Virus record (IMG/VR): IMGVR_UViG_3300020472_000012
Span: 50,374 to 114,373 of that record
Direction: 5' to 3' (one strand)
DNA from: a virus
DNA length: 64,000 nucleotides
In this document: positions 1-9,320 of the stretch, piece by piece
How the letters are laid out: every line of letters starts with the position of its first letter
Numbering within the stretch: the stretch's first letter is position 1
Notes under the pieces: model-generated
Told to the model about the DNA's origin: nothing
Databases searched by the model: none
The model's input: the letters and a program-made list of their open reading frames with translations, nothing else
Position numbers and translations under genes: made by a program

Positions 1-2
1 GT

Positions 3-161
3 TGGTACACTACAGAATGGAGAAACATGGAACTTCAATCTCAAGGTGGTGAAGGAAGAGCGGGACTCTATAGAGGAACCCTTCCAGCATCTGGAGATAG
101 TGAGAAGGACATGGAAACTCTTCGTCATTGGTGGAAAGAGACCTACTTTCCACAAAGTTAG
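3..161 (+). CDS. 3' end of a hypothetical protein, truncated by the window edge
   Basis: Open frame from position 3 (WYTTEWRN...YFPQS) to TAG at 159-161. Confidence 0.6.
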   Translation, partial: WYTTEWRNMELQSQGGEGRAGLYRGTLPASGDSEKDMETLRHWWKETYFPQS

Positions 162-189
162 TAACTAATTAGGTCATGGAGAAACTTTT

Positions 190-795
190 ATGAGAAAGTT
201 ATTATTAATACTATTAATGAGTATGACACCATTCGTTTGGAGTGATGTTAGTGGCTCAGTTGGTATAAGTTCCGACTACATTTGGAGAGGTGTATCACAA
301 TCAGCTGGTAATCCCTCATACAACCTAAATCTTGAAGCAAATTCAAAAGGATTTTATGGTGGAGTATGGGCTGGACAAGTTGATTTTGATAACGAAGCCG
401 ATTGGGAATACGATTTATATGGTGGATATGCAATAGCATTATCTGAAAATATAAATGTAGATGTTGGATTTGTACAATACCGATATGATGAAGTTATCGA
501 CACATCAGAAGAAATCTATGTGAAAGCAACTGTAGGTGATTTTGGTATTAAATATTTTAGAGATACAGAAGACAGTGGGAACCAATTTATTGTTGGAACC
601 TACGATGCTTGGTTTGTACCAGTAGTTGATGTAAATCTAGAATATGGTAGGATAGACAGTAACAACGATTACAAAGCATTAAACATAACATATTTGTTTA
701 ATAACAATGTATCAGTTGGGGCTCATGTTTTATCAAGTGCATTCAGAGGTGAAGCATTAGATAACATATCTGTATCATTAGGTTATAACTTTTAA
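190..795 (+). CDS. TorF/Gcw_chp (TIGR02001-like) outer-membrane beta-barrel protein
   Basis: Signal peptide, SDYIWRGVSQS motif, G-x-W...EYDLYGGY, C-terminal YNF beta-signal. Confidence 0.85.
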   Translation: MRKLLLILLMSMTPFVWSDVSGSVGISSDYIWRGVSQSAGNPSYNLNLEANSKGFYGGVWAGQVDFDNEADWEYDLYGGYAIALSENINVDVGFVQYRYDEVIDTSEEIYVKATVGDFGIKYFRDTEDSGNQFIVGTYDAWFVPVVDVNLEYGRIDSNNDYKALNITYLFNNNVSVGAHVLSSAFRGEALDNISVSLGYNF

Positions 796-812
796 TTAAG
801 TAATTACATGGA

Positions 813-843
813 GTGTGGGGATGAAAGTCCCCGCACCACTTTT
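813..843 (+). terminator. Probable intrinsic terminator hairpin
   Basis: GTGTGGGGA-TGAAAG-TCCCCGCAC stem followed by a short T run. Confidence 0.55.
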
Positions 844-961
844 ATGGAAACATTCTGGTTTATAATAGAAATGCCTTTTCTATTCTTTAAGTGGGGACTA
901 ATTTTCTCAGCGTGGGTAACGCTTTTATGGATGATTGGGAACATTTGGGAAAATAGAAAGG

Positions 962-1651
962 ATGATATATCTTAAGAGAGTAAAACCCTTAAGGGGCATT
1001 AAAGCACTCTTACAACTTGCCAAATCTAAGCAGAACATTCAGTCTTATTTGGATGTGAATCATGCGTTCAATGGAAACTCTCCAGACAATACTATTTCTA
1101 AGTGGGCATCAAGTTCACAAGGTATTAGATATTCTAGAGGCGAACGATTACCTTTATTAAAAGAATATCCAAAGAACTCTGTTGGTTGGCATTTAAACAA
1201 AATGCAACTTGACCCTAAGTATGCAGATTTCAATTTTCTACAATCAAACAAATACATTAACCCACAAAAAGCATTCTCAAACTGGATAGTTGATACTCAT
1301 GATATTGGACATATTGTGAGTGGATATGGTGATGATGGTTTTGGAGAACTTCTCAGAGTTGAATATGAGATAGGTGGAACTTACATGCAAGGATGGAAGG
1401 TTATATCTCTAATGTTCCAATCTAAAGTATTTTTGTTGAATCCTATGTTGTATTTTAAACTAAGACCAATGATTAAAGAAGCATCCCAGAGAGGAAAAGA
1501 TTCTAATCCATATGTTATGGTAGATTGGTTTGAATATCTTGACCAACCATTAAATTTTGTGCGAGAGAGAATATTGAGACTTCAACCTACCACCTTATAT
1601 CAGTATAAAGACCCTCGTTGGCATTCATTCGTAGAAAGTAATTTTAATTAG
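962..1651 (+). CDS. Coq4-like protein
   Basis: HDIGH-x11-E motif (Coq4 HDxxH-x11-E); PKNSVG resembles the Coq4 P.GTLG segment; ATG at 962 preferred over TTG at 935. Confidence 0.65.
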   Translation: MIYLKRVKPLRGIKALLQLAKSKQNIQSYLDVNHAFNGNSPDNTISKWASSSQGIRYSRGERLPLLKEYPKNSVGWHLNKMQLDPKYADFNFLQSNKYINPQKAFSNWIVDTHDIGHIVSGYGDDGFGELLRVEYEIGGTYMQGWKVISLMFQSKVFLLNPMLYFKLRPMIKEASQRGKDSNPYVMVDWFEYLDQPLNFVRERILRLQPTTLYQYKDPRWHSFVESNFN

Positions 1652-1793
1652 ACGCTTGTTTTAATTGTTTATCTAGTGGATGTACATGTTTTTCATATGT
1701 CATAACACCCGCTGCTCTTGCAACCTTATGTAACCTTCCAGATTTCATCAACTTATGAAATCTATTTATTTTCTTTTTCAATTCCTTTTTCAT
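1644..1793 (-). CDS. Small basic hypothetical protein (~49 aa, MKKELKKKINRFHKLMKSGRLHKV...)
   Basis: Read by hand on the minus strand; preceded by a TATATAATA late-like element. Confidence 0.45.
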   Translation of the reverse strand: MKKELKKKINRFHKLMKSGRLHKVARAAGVMTYEKHVHPLDKQLKQASN

Positions 1794-1811
1794 ACTATTA
1801 TATATGCACAG

Positions 1812-1840
1812 TTGTCACAGTATTGTCACAAAACTGTAAT
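1812..1840 (+). promoter_or_regulatory. Pho-box-like triple direct repeat
   Basis: TTGTCAC, TTGTCAC and CTGTAAT at 1812, 1823 and 1834 (11-bp period), matching the PhoB half-site CTGTCAT. Confidence 0.6.
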
Positions 1841-1861
1841 ATTTCCATTATCTCTCCAGAA

Positions 1862-1891
1862 TTGACACAGGGGTGCCCTTTTTAGTATAAT
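1862..1891 (+). promoter_or_regulatory. Class I (early-type) sigma70 promoter
   Basis: TTGACA-N18-TATAAT with GGGTGC in the spacer. Confidence 0.85.
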
Positions 1892-1899
1892 AGCTAAAT

Positions 1900-1974
1900 G
1901 GTCTGTTAGTTCATCGGTAAGAATACTGCCCTGTCACGGCAGAGAGAAGGGTTCGATTCCCTTACAGACCGCCA
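1900..1974 (+). tRNA. tRNA-Asp(GTC)
   Basis: Cloverleaf, anticodon arm CTGCC-CTGTCAC-GGCAG, GGTTCGATTCC T-arm, encoded CCA. Confidence 0.95.
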
Positions 1975-1982
1975 GATAACAA

Positions 1983-2012
1983 TTGACACATGGGTGCATA
2001 ATTTTGTATAAT
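1983..2012 (+). promoter_or_regulatory. Class I sigma70 promoter
   Basis: TTGACA-CATGGGTGCATAATTTTG-TATAAT. Confidence 0.85.
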
Positions 2013-2018
2013 AGCAGT

Positions 2019-4373
2019 ATGGAAATGGGAAATTTTACAAGACATCAAAAAGACTCTTTGGCAAGATTACTTGCTACTGAGGATTTAGTTATAGAACATA
2101 GGAAAACACCTACTGCATATTTTGACCTTAAAGCAAGGAAATTAGTATGCCCAATTCTTAAAGATGATATGTCTGCAAATCTTTATGACCTCTTTATGGG
2201 TCATGAAGTATCACATGCATTACATACTCCAGAAGAAGGATGGCACGATGCAATATTTGATAATGGTACATACAAAGGTGCAAAATTTAAAGGTTATCTT
2301 AATGTCCTAGAAGATGTTAGGATTGAAAAAGCAATCAAAGAAAAATATGCTGGATTAAGAAGAGCATTCTTTGATGCATATAAAGAATTACACAATGACC
2401 TTGATTTCTTTGGGGTCTCAAAAAAGGATGTAAATAAACTTGCATTCATCGATAGAATCAATCTTTACTTTAAAGTAGGTCATACTTTAATGATTGATTT
2501 CTCAGATAAAGAATTAAAAATCATCACTGCAATTAATACCAAGATGGATACTTGGGATAAAGTTGTTAAGATGGCAGAATACCTATTTGAACTTTCTAAG
2601 GATGAAGTGGTAGAACCACAAGAAGACCCTAGTCAACAATTGGTTCCACAATTTAAAGATGAAGATGGTCTAGAAGATATTGGTGATGAAGATAGTTCAT
2701 CTTCAATGGATATGGAAAGTGATGAAGAAGCAGAAGAAGAAATGGATTCTTTTGGTTCACCAGTTTCCGATGATATTTTCAATGAAGAAGAAAAAGAAAC
2801 TAAAGAAGAAAATGAAACTGATGGTTCTAGTGATGAAGGTGAAAAAGAAGAATCAGAAAAAGAAAAAGAAATAAAAACAGAACAAGATTTAGGTGGAAGT
2901 GGTGCTGGTGAATACAGTGAATCAATGACTGATAAAGTTTCAAGACAAAATGAAGAACACTTCCTTCATGATGATAATGAAGAAAAAGAATGGCACAATA
3001 AAGACAATTCTTATGTTTCATTACAAACTAAAGATATTAAATTTGATGATTATAGAATCACTTACAAAAAAGTTCTTGAGGAATTAAAAGAAGGTCAAGA
3101 GAAAAATTTTGGTAAAGAAACTTGGGATAATGCCAAAGATGAATATGTTACATGTGACAACTACGATGATGTTTGGAGATATGTCAATGAGTTTTTAGAC
3201 CATAACAAAAACATCGTCAACTACATGGCAAAAGAATTTGATATGAGAAAGGCTGCATCAAACTACAAAAAAGCAATGACTGCTAAAAGTGGTGAGATTG
3301 ATATGCAGAAAATCCAAAACTACCTAATCAAAGATGATATCTTTAAAAAGGTTACAGTTGTGCCAGATGGTAAAAATCATGGTCTACTTATGTTAGTAGA
3401 CTGGAGTGGTTCAATGGCTGATTGTATTGCAGAGACTTTAGAACAATGTATAGTTCTTACAATGTTTGCCAGAAGAGTTGGTATCCCTCATAGAGTATAT
3501 GCATTCTCTGATGGTTACAGAGCAGATGATGAATCAAACTACGAAGAAGAAAGAGAAAAAACTCAAGGAGCCATTGATAGGAAAGAAGTTTACATTGGTA
3601 AAATTAAATTATTTGAGTTCTTCTCAGATAAAATGAATCAAAGAGATTTCAAAGAAATGGTAATGAGACTTATGATTCAAGTTGATTCAATGTTTTACTG
3701 GAGAGCAAGTTCTGATAAATTTAATAATCCTTGTTATGGTGCTCAGAACTATAACTTAAGTGGTACACCACTTGATGAGTCTTTAGTAATCATGAGAGAC
3801 TACATTATAGATTTCAAAAATAACTACAACATTGATAAACTACAATTTGTTACTTTAACAGATGGTGAAAGTTTCCAGTGTAATGGTCTTAGACAAGGTT
3901 ATGCTAGAAAACAATTTTTCCACGATAGAAAAACTTTAGGTACTTTCGAGTATGCTGGAAGAAATTATGAACAAAGTGGAACTGATACTCTATTAAAGTG
4001 GTTGGAAAAAACTACTGGAGTTGATACTGTTGGGTTCTTCCTATGCAAACAAGGTCATAGAGCTTTTGATAATGCAGTAAGTCAGTTTGGAAAATCTGAA
4101 CTTGGTTACTACGACCAAAGTGTAAAGAACAAAGAAGATTATAAAGTATTCAGAAAAGATGGTGGATTCAAAGTTCCTTGCTCAGACAAGTCTGGCTACA
4201 AAGAATTCTACCTTCTAAACATCAAAAAGATGCAGATTGTATCAGAAGATGATACTTTAGATGTAGATGCTGGTGCAAGTAAACAAGCATTGAAGGGTGC
4301 AATGAAGAGAATGGGAAATAACAAACTATCTCAGAGAAAAATCCTTCAACATTTCATCAAAAAGGTTGCATAA
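2019..4373 (+). CDS. CobT-like metallopeptidase/VWA protein, partner of the CobS-like ATPase
   Basis: HEVSH zinc motif, NVLEDVRIE, acidic linker, VWA MIDAS DWSGS and TDGE; the TTG at 1983 is the promoter, so the real start is ATG 2019 or 2025. Confidence 0.85.
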   Translation: MEMGNFTRHQKDSLARLLATEDLVIEHRKTPTAYFDLKARKLVCPILKDDMSANLYDLFMGHEVSHALHTPEEGWHDAIFDNGTYKGAKFKGYLNVLEDVRIEKAIKEKYAGLRRAFFDAYKELHNDLDFFGVSKKDVNKLAFIDRINLYFKVGHTLMIDFSDKELKIITAINTKMDTWDKVVKMAEYLFELSKDEVVEPQEDPSQQLVPQFKDEDGLEDIGDEDSSSSMDMESDEEAEEEMDSFGSPVSDDIFNEEEKETKEENETDGSSDEGEKEESEKEKEIKTEQDLGGSGAGEYSESMTDKVSRQNEEHFLHDDNEEKEWHNKDNSYVSLQTKDIKFDDYRITYKKVLEELKEGQEKNFGKETWDNAKDEYVTCDNYDDVWRYVNEFLDHNKNIVNYMAKEFDMRKAASNYKKAMTAKSGEIDMQKIQNYLIKDDIFKKVTVVPDGKNHGLLMLVDWSGSMADCIAETLEQCIVLTMFARRVGIPHRVYAFSDGYRADDESNYEEEREKTQGAIDRKEVYIGKIKLFEFFSDKMNQRDFKEMVMRLMIQVDSMFYWRASSDKFNNPCYGAQNYNLSGTPLDESLVIMRDYIIDFKNNYNIDKLQFVTLTDGESFQCNGLRQGYARKQFFHDRKTLGTFEYAGRNYEQSGTDTLLKWLEKTTGVDTVGFFLCKQGHRAFDNAVSQFGKSELGYYDQSVKNKEDYKVFRKDGGFKVPCSDKSGYKEFYLLNIKKMQIVSEDDTLDVDAGASKQALKGAMKRMGNNKLSQRKILQHFIKKVA

Positions 4374-4375
4374 AG

Positions 4376-4405
4376 TTGACACATGGGTACACTTTTTAGT
4401 ATAAT
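4376..4405 (+). promoter_or_regulatory. Class I sigma70 promoter
   Basis: TTGACA-CATGGGTACACTTTTTAG-TATAAT. Confidence 0.85.
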
Positions 4406-4535
4406 AGCTACATGATAAAGAGATTAAACATAACACCACTGATAGAGATTCCGATAGGTTTCAGAATTTATCAATCTTTGGTTTTGGGATTAATAACAAT
4501 CCCAGTAATATTTGGAATTTTATAGGAGAGAAAAT

Positions 4536-5702
4536 ATGAATTTGAATGCAAATCATTATAGGTTTTTGGATGCTTGCTCAGAGCAGTTTCCAGGCCAAGT
4601 CGAGTTTTCAAAATCGACAGTAAGGAAAGTTTGTGATACAGCAAATATTCCTTTCCCATCGTGGTTAATTAGAAAACCACAATTTAAAGCTGGATATGGA
4701 ACTTATTCAATTGAGTCCATAGTGCCAGAGAATTATGGTGCAGTTGCTGAAGTAGCAAATACACCATCTGTTGAAGTAGTTAACATTCCTTCAACTGGAG
4801 TTGGTATGAATGTACTGGACGATAATGTTTCAGTGATTCCTTCTCAGATTGAGAACTATGTTCCTTTTGGTCACTTTACTGACCTTAAGAAAATTCTTCA
4901 ATCTGGCATTTTCTTTCCAGTGTTCATAACTGGATTGAGTGGTAATGGTAAAACCTTAATGGTGGAACAGATTTGTGCCAAACTTAAAAAAGAATTATTT
5001 AGAGTTAACATCACAATTGAAACTGATGAAGATGATTTAATTGGTTCCAACACTTTAGTGAATGGAAACATCATGTTCAGAGAAGGCCCTGTCCTTAAAG
5101 CAATGAGGAAAGGTGCTGTTCTTTTGATTGATGAAGTTGACCTTGCATCAAACAAGATTATGTGTCTACAATCCATCTTGGAAGGTAAAGGATACTTAAT
5201 CAAGAAAACTGGTGAGTATGTAGAACCAGCAGATGGTTTCACAATTTGTGCCACTGCAAATACAAAAGGTAAAGGTTCTGAGGATGGAAGGTTCATAGGA
5301 ACTAACATCTTGAATGAAGCATTCCTTGAAAGGTTTGCAATTACTTTGGAACAAAGTTATCCACCAGTGAGAACTGAACAAAAAATCATCAAGAAAGATT
5401 TTGAACTTCTTGGAGTCAGTGATGATGAGTTTGCAGAGAAACTAGTTGACTGGGCTGATGTTATCAGAAAGTCCTTCTACGAAGGTGCAGTTGATGAAGT
5501 GATTTCAACTAGAAGGTTGGTTCACATTGCAAAAGCATTCTCAATGTTCACTGATAAGTTGAAGTCTATCGAGGTTTGTCTTGCAAGGTTCGATGATGAT
5601 ACAAAAGCAGCCTTCCTTGACCTCTACACTAAAGTTGATGAAGGTGTGTTAGGTCAAGAAGAAGAGATTGAGGAATCAGAGGAAAATGACATCCCAATAT
5701 AA
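4536..5702 (+). CDS. cobS: CobS-like MoxR AAA+ ATPase
   Basis: Walker A GLSGNGKT, Walker B LLIDE, ATANTKG, NEAFLERF; AGGAG RBS before ATG 4536. Confidence 0.88.
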   Translation: MNLNANHYRFLDACSEQFPGQVEFSKSTVRKVCDTANIPFPSWLIRKPQFKAGYGTYSIESIVPENYGAVAEVANTPSVEVVNIPSTGVGMNVLDDNVSVIPSQIENYVPFGHFTDLKKILQSGIFFPVFITGLSGNGKTLMVEQICAKLKKELFRVNITIETDEDDLIGSNTLVNGNIMFREGPVLKAMRKGAVLLIDEVDLASNKIMCLQSILEGKGYLIKKTGEYVEPADGFTICATANTKGKGSEDGRFIGTNILNEAFLERFAITLEQSYPPVRTEQKIIKKDFELLGVSDDEFAEKLVDWADVIRKSFYEGAVDEVISTRRLVHIAKAFSMFTDKLKSIEVCLARFDDDTKAAFLDLYTKVDEGVLGQEEEIEESEENDIPI

Positions 5703-5757
5703 AAAGAACTCTCCTAAAGGAAAGGGGCAAGGGTTAAACCTTGCCCTAATTTCCGAA

Positions 5758-5913
5758 ATGAACATAAAACAATTGATTGTATATGTTTATGGTGAAGATA
5801 AAGGATGGAAGATTACATCGAATGGTGCAACTTCCCATTATGGAGTTGAAGTATCTAAGGATAGATTACTCAACATGGCAGTAACAAAACTTAACAATCC
5901 TTACGCAGAATGA
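5758..5913 (+). CDS. Small hypothetical protein
   Basis: In-frame ATG following a GC-rich hairpin at 5725-5747. Confidence 0.4.
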   Translation: MNIKQLIVYVYGEDKGWKITSNGATSHYGVEVSKDRLLNMAVTKLNNPYAE

Positions 5914-6010
5914 AATGGATAACAAAATTGTTTTTAGACCCAGTGTGGTTATATGTATTTTTCCTTGCAACAGTTTTAGTAAAGGATATAAGGAATAACT
6001 TTTGAATACA

Positions 6011-6253
6011 ATGACAGAATTTTCAGATGTGGTACAAAACCAAATAGAACTCTTAAAAGCAGAAGAGTGGGGCAAACAAGTTAAAATGATTATTGGTGAA
6101 GGTGGATATGTAGTCTACCATTTCAATAATGGAGATAAACAGATTATAGAATCCAAGACAGGTAAATCCACTTGGGAATATGCTAGTGAAGAGAAAAAAC
6201 TAAGCATGTTGGAAAGGTTTCAGCGTTGGAGAGCAGACAACAATGATTCCTAG
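6011..6253 (+). CDS. Hypothetical protein
   Basis: ORF track; codon usage like neighbouring genes. Confidence 0.6.
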   Translation: MTEFSDVVQNQIELLKAEEWGKQVKMIIGEGGYVVYHFNNGDKQIIESKTGKSTWEYASEEKKLSMLERFQRWRADNNDS

Positions 6254-6281
6254 TTATTTAATAATAGGGGCGTTAAGCTCG

Positions 6282-6364
6282 GGCAGGGACAGGGAACTGA
6301 CCATATACAAAGAGGACACTTATAATACTAGCTCTTGTAGTATTGACGAGTTCCCATCCCGCCA
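6282..6364 (+). ncRNA. Candidate structured intergenic RNA
   Basis: GGC-A-GGGA-CA-GGGAACT pairs with AGTTCCC-A-TCCC-GCC; internal AATACTA/TAGTATT hairpin; ends in CCA. Confidence 0.4.
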
Positions 6365-6385
6365 GATTTTATTTATGAATATACC

Positions 6386-7636
6386 ATGTCTATAGAAGCA
6401 AAATTATATAAGATAACAATTGATAAACCAGAGCCACCTTTCTATTATGTAGGATGGACAGCACAAGTTGGTAAAGGTGATAGTTATCTACACTCATCGT
6501 TGAATAAACAACTTAAAGAAGATATGAGTAGGTATCCATATGACCATGAAGAAATGGAAGTTGGAACTAAAGAAGACATGGCAACACAAGAATATAGAAT
6601 ACTACATTCAGTAGATGCAATTAATAATGACGATTGGTACAACAATAATAATGGTGGTGGAAAGTATGTAAGGAAACATGGTAACTTAGATGCAATGGAT
6701 TCCTTCACTGAGAAACTAAGGAATAAAGAATTCCTACTTGGAGATAGTATCTTGCTTGCAGATGTTGAGAAGATGAGAAGATTCCAAGTTAGACATAAAG
6801 TTATAAACAGGAAACACAAATTAAAACTTCAAGATAATATCAATACCAATAAAGGTGATATGAGAAATTGGGAACCAATTATCGTTCTTGAAGATTTCGA
6901 TGGTGAAGGTGAACATCTTCTTTTTCAAGGTAATCACACAACCCAAGCTTCAATAGACTCTGGAAAAGTTCATGAACTTCCACACCAGTTAGTTCCTAAA
7001 GAAGAGTGGAGTAAACTTACTGATGATGAATTAGAGACAGTTTGTAGAAGATTAAACCCACAACACGAGAAACCAAGTTTACCAACAGATGATGATGAAG
7101 CAATTGCATGGATTGTTGATAAACATTTTGAGAAAAATATCTCACCTAGTTCAGATATTATCTACGAAGAAATGGAAAAATGGGGATATCAGAAATCCTA
7201 TGTTCAGAGAAGTCTTGTCTATCATGCAGAGAAAAAGATTAAGTCACAAAAAGGTATTCCATCTGGGCATATAATAATAGATTATACTCAAGGTTCAGAT
7301 AAAAATAGATTAGAGAAAAAACTAAGAAAAGCAAGAACCGATAATTCTGATGCATATTCTATCAGTAGTGGTTATTTTAAGTTAGATAACTTTCTTGACG
7401 ATTTCTTAGATAATGCAGACCAAAAGAAAAAAGATAGATTAGAATTGATTAAGATTTTTGTATATCATGTAGATTATGCAAAGAAAGAAGAGTGGGATAA
7501 TAAGTATTATCCAATTGTGAAAACTTGGATTGATGGACTAAATAAAATCAGTCAAGAAGAATATCGAGTTCAAGTAGAATTTGAGGTTCTACCTTTTACT
7601 CGACCAAACCCAATAAAACAGACTAAGGAGTCTTAA
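6386..7636 (+). CDS. GIY-YIG (Seg-like) N-terminal domain fused to a ParB/Srx-like domain
   Basis: LYKIT...YYVG, conserved E and WYN..GGG; downstream FQVR...PIIV...LFQGNHT. Confidence 0.5.
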   Translation: MSIEAKLYKITIDKPEPPFYYVGWTAQVGKGDSYLHSSLNKQLKEDMSRYPYDHEEMEVGTKEDMATQEYRILHSVDAINNDDWYNNNNGGGKYVRKHGNLDAMDSFTEKLRNKEFLLGDSILLADVEKMRRFQVRHKVINRKHKLKLQDNINTNKGDMRNWEPIIVLEDFDGEGEHLLFQGNHTTQASIDSGKVHELPHQLVPKEEWSKLTDDELETVCRRLNPQHEKPSLPTDDDEAIAWIVDKHFEKNISPSSDIIYEEMEKWGYQKSYVQRSLVYHAEKKIKSQKGIPSGHIIIDYTQGSDKNRLEKKLRKARTDNSDAYSISSGYFKLDNFLDDFLDNADQKKKDRLELIKIFVYHVDYAKKEEWDNKYYPIVKTWIDGLNKISQEEYRVQVEFEVLPFTRPNPIKQTKES

Positions 7637-7782
7637 ACATGGCACAACCACAATCTCAACAAGACCTATTGAAGTTTCAAGGTAAGAGAATTAAAGACCA
7701 ATCAGAATCAATTGCAGAACAAAGCAAGAAGATTGCTGAATGGATTACACAACAACAAGACCCAAGACATAACCAAGAGTGA

Positions 7783-7995
7783 ATGAATAGAAAACAACAC
7801 AAAGCACTTAAAGAAACATTCGTTACAGTCTTTACTGGATTGGTCATTAATTGGCCAATCAGTTTAGGATTGTTATACTTATGTTGGGATGTAATTGGAC
7901 TTAACACTCTTGAGACTTCTATCGTTATGACATTAGGTATGACTTTAGTTGCTCTCTTGAGGGTCTTTACTATTAGGATGTATTACGAAGAATGA
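7783..7995 (+). CDS. Small two-TM membrane protein
   Basis: Two hydrophobic segments. Confidence 0.6.
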   Translation: MNRKQHKALKETFVTVFTGLVINWPISLGLLYLCWDVIGLNTLETSIVMTLGMTLVALLRVFTIRMYYEE

Positions 7996-8318
7996 ATAAA
8001 CAATTAGAATTAGACTTCCAGTTAAGTAAACCTATTCCTAGAGGTCAAATAGACCAACAGGAATATGCAAGGGTATTGAATTCTGTAGGAGTCTTTGTGG
8101 ACTATGTTCATGGGACTTATGAAGAAGTAGAAAATTACTGTGACATCAACAATTATTGGGTAGATAGGTATCTAGACCATGTTGACCCTATGACAGTACA
8201 AAGACATTTTAAATATATTGGTTCTGGGCAGAATCCATGTTCAGTTGCTAGACCAATTTACCAGTACGATAAGGATGGTAAGTTTATTGGTTACACTGAA
8301 TTTAAAGAGAAATGGTAA
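7992..8318 (+). CDS. Hypothetical protein
   Basis: ATGA overlap with the upstream ORF. Confidence 0.65.
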   Translation: MNKQLELDFQLSKPIPRGQIDQQEYARVLNSVGVFVDYVHGTYEEVENYCDINNYWVDRYLDHVDPMTVQRHFKYIGSGQNPCSVARPIYQYDKDGKFIGYTEFKEKW

Positions 8319-8319
8319 C

Positions 8320-8347
8320 TTGACAAATCCAGAATCTATGAGATAAT
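8320..8347 (+). promoter_or_regulatory. Class II promoter (replication genes)
   Basis: TTGACA-N16-GATAAT with extended -10 TG. Confidence 0.75.
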
Positions 8348-8353
8348 AATTAT

Positions 8354-8650
8354 ATGAGTGATATAAAGTATAAATTTAACGAACCCAAACTATTGAAAGA
8401 AATAGCAGATTATGTAACTACTACCTATGAACAACATTATGGTGGTGGTAAATATCAGGCAACTGATATGATAATTGACTCTGGACATGGTGAGGGTTTT
8501 TCAGTAGGTAATATTATGAAGTATGCAATGAGATATGGTAAGAAAGGTGGTAAGAATCGTCAAGACTTGCTTAAGATTGTACATTATTCTCTTATTGCTT
8601 TATATAATCATGATGAAACATCAAGTAGTGAGGTAAAAAATGAATCTTAG
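8354..8650 (+). CDS. DUF3310-like protein (gp1.7-like nucleotide kinase family)
   Basis: HY...D.I...F..GNIMKYAMRYGKK...DLLKI.HY. Confidence 0.75.
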   Translation: MSDIKYKFNEPKLLKEIADYVTTTYEQHYGGGKYQATDMIIDSGHGEGFSVGNIMKYAMRYGKKGGKNRQDLLKIVHYSLIALYNHDETSSSEVKNES

Positions 8651-9308
8651 TGATGATACTCTTGAAGTCCTAGACAATTTTTCAGATATTAACTCTGGAA
8701 TTACTGTTAGGGTGGGGCAAGAGTTAAAAACAATTTCCCCAATGAAAAACATTTTTGGTACAGCCAAAATATCTGAGAACTTTGATAAAGAGTTTTCGAT
8801 ATATGACTTATCAGAATTTCTTGCAACTTTATCGTTGTTCGATGCACCAACTTATGAGTTTGGTGAGAAAGAAGTTGTAGTTAGTGAAGGTGGTAATAAA
8901 GCAAGGTATGTGTATGCAGACCCTTCAATGATTATTACTCCAGAGAAAGATATAACAATGCCTAATCCAGAGATTGTATTTGAATTAGATAGTAATACTC
9001 TAAGTAAAGTACAAAAGGCTGCAAATGTTCTATCGTTGCCAGACTTAGTTTTGGAATCAGATGGTACAATTGTTCTTCTTGCAGTAAGAGATAGGAAACT
9101 AACTGACTCAAGTAATGAGTTTGGTGAGAAGATTGCAGATGGTGATGGTAGTGTCTATTCAATGAACTTCAAGATAGAGAACTTGAAAGTATTGGATGAT
9201 GATTATACAGTGTATGTATCATCAAAAGGTATTTCACACTTTGTTTCAAAGAATAAAGGTGTAGAATATTTCATTGCATTAGAACCAGATTCAAAATATG
9301 GGGCATAA
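8640..9308 (+). CDS. 45: DNA polymerase sliding clamp gp45
   Basis: MNLSDDTLEVLDNFSDINSGI, FSIYDLSEFL, YFIALE; T4 synteny. Confidence 0.93.
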   Translation: MNLSDDTLEVLDNFSDINSGITVRVGQELKTISPMKNIFGTAKISENFDKEFSIYDLSEFLATLSLFDAPTYEFGEKEVVVSEGGNKARYVYADPSMIITPEKDITMPNPEIVFELDSNTLSKVQKAANVLSLPDLVLESDGTIVLLAVRDRKLTDSSNEFGEKIADGDGSVYSMNFKIENLKVLDDDYTVYVSSKGISHFVSKNKGVEYFIALEPDSKYGA

Positions 9309-9312
9309 CTCA

Positions 9313-9320
9313 TATAAATA
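9313..9320 (+). promoter_or_regulatory. T4-type late promoter
   Basis: Intergenic TATAAATA. Confidence 0.55.

Noticed and set aside
1983-2018. TTG start extensions at 1983 and 36586
   Set aside because: These stretches are promoter or tRNA sequence; the real starts are at 2019/2025 and 36700
2660-2990. GAA/GAT-rich low-complexity stretch
   Set aside because: It encodes the acidic linker of the CobT-like protein and is not a DNA repeat element
6267-6364. Possible tRNA or tmRNA (GGGGCG start, CCA end)
   Set aside because: No T-arm GTTCGA, no cloverleaf and too short for tmRNA; kept only as an ncRNA candidate
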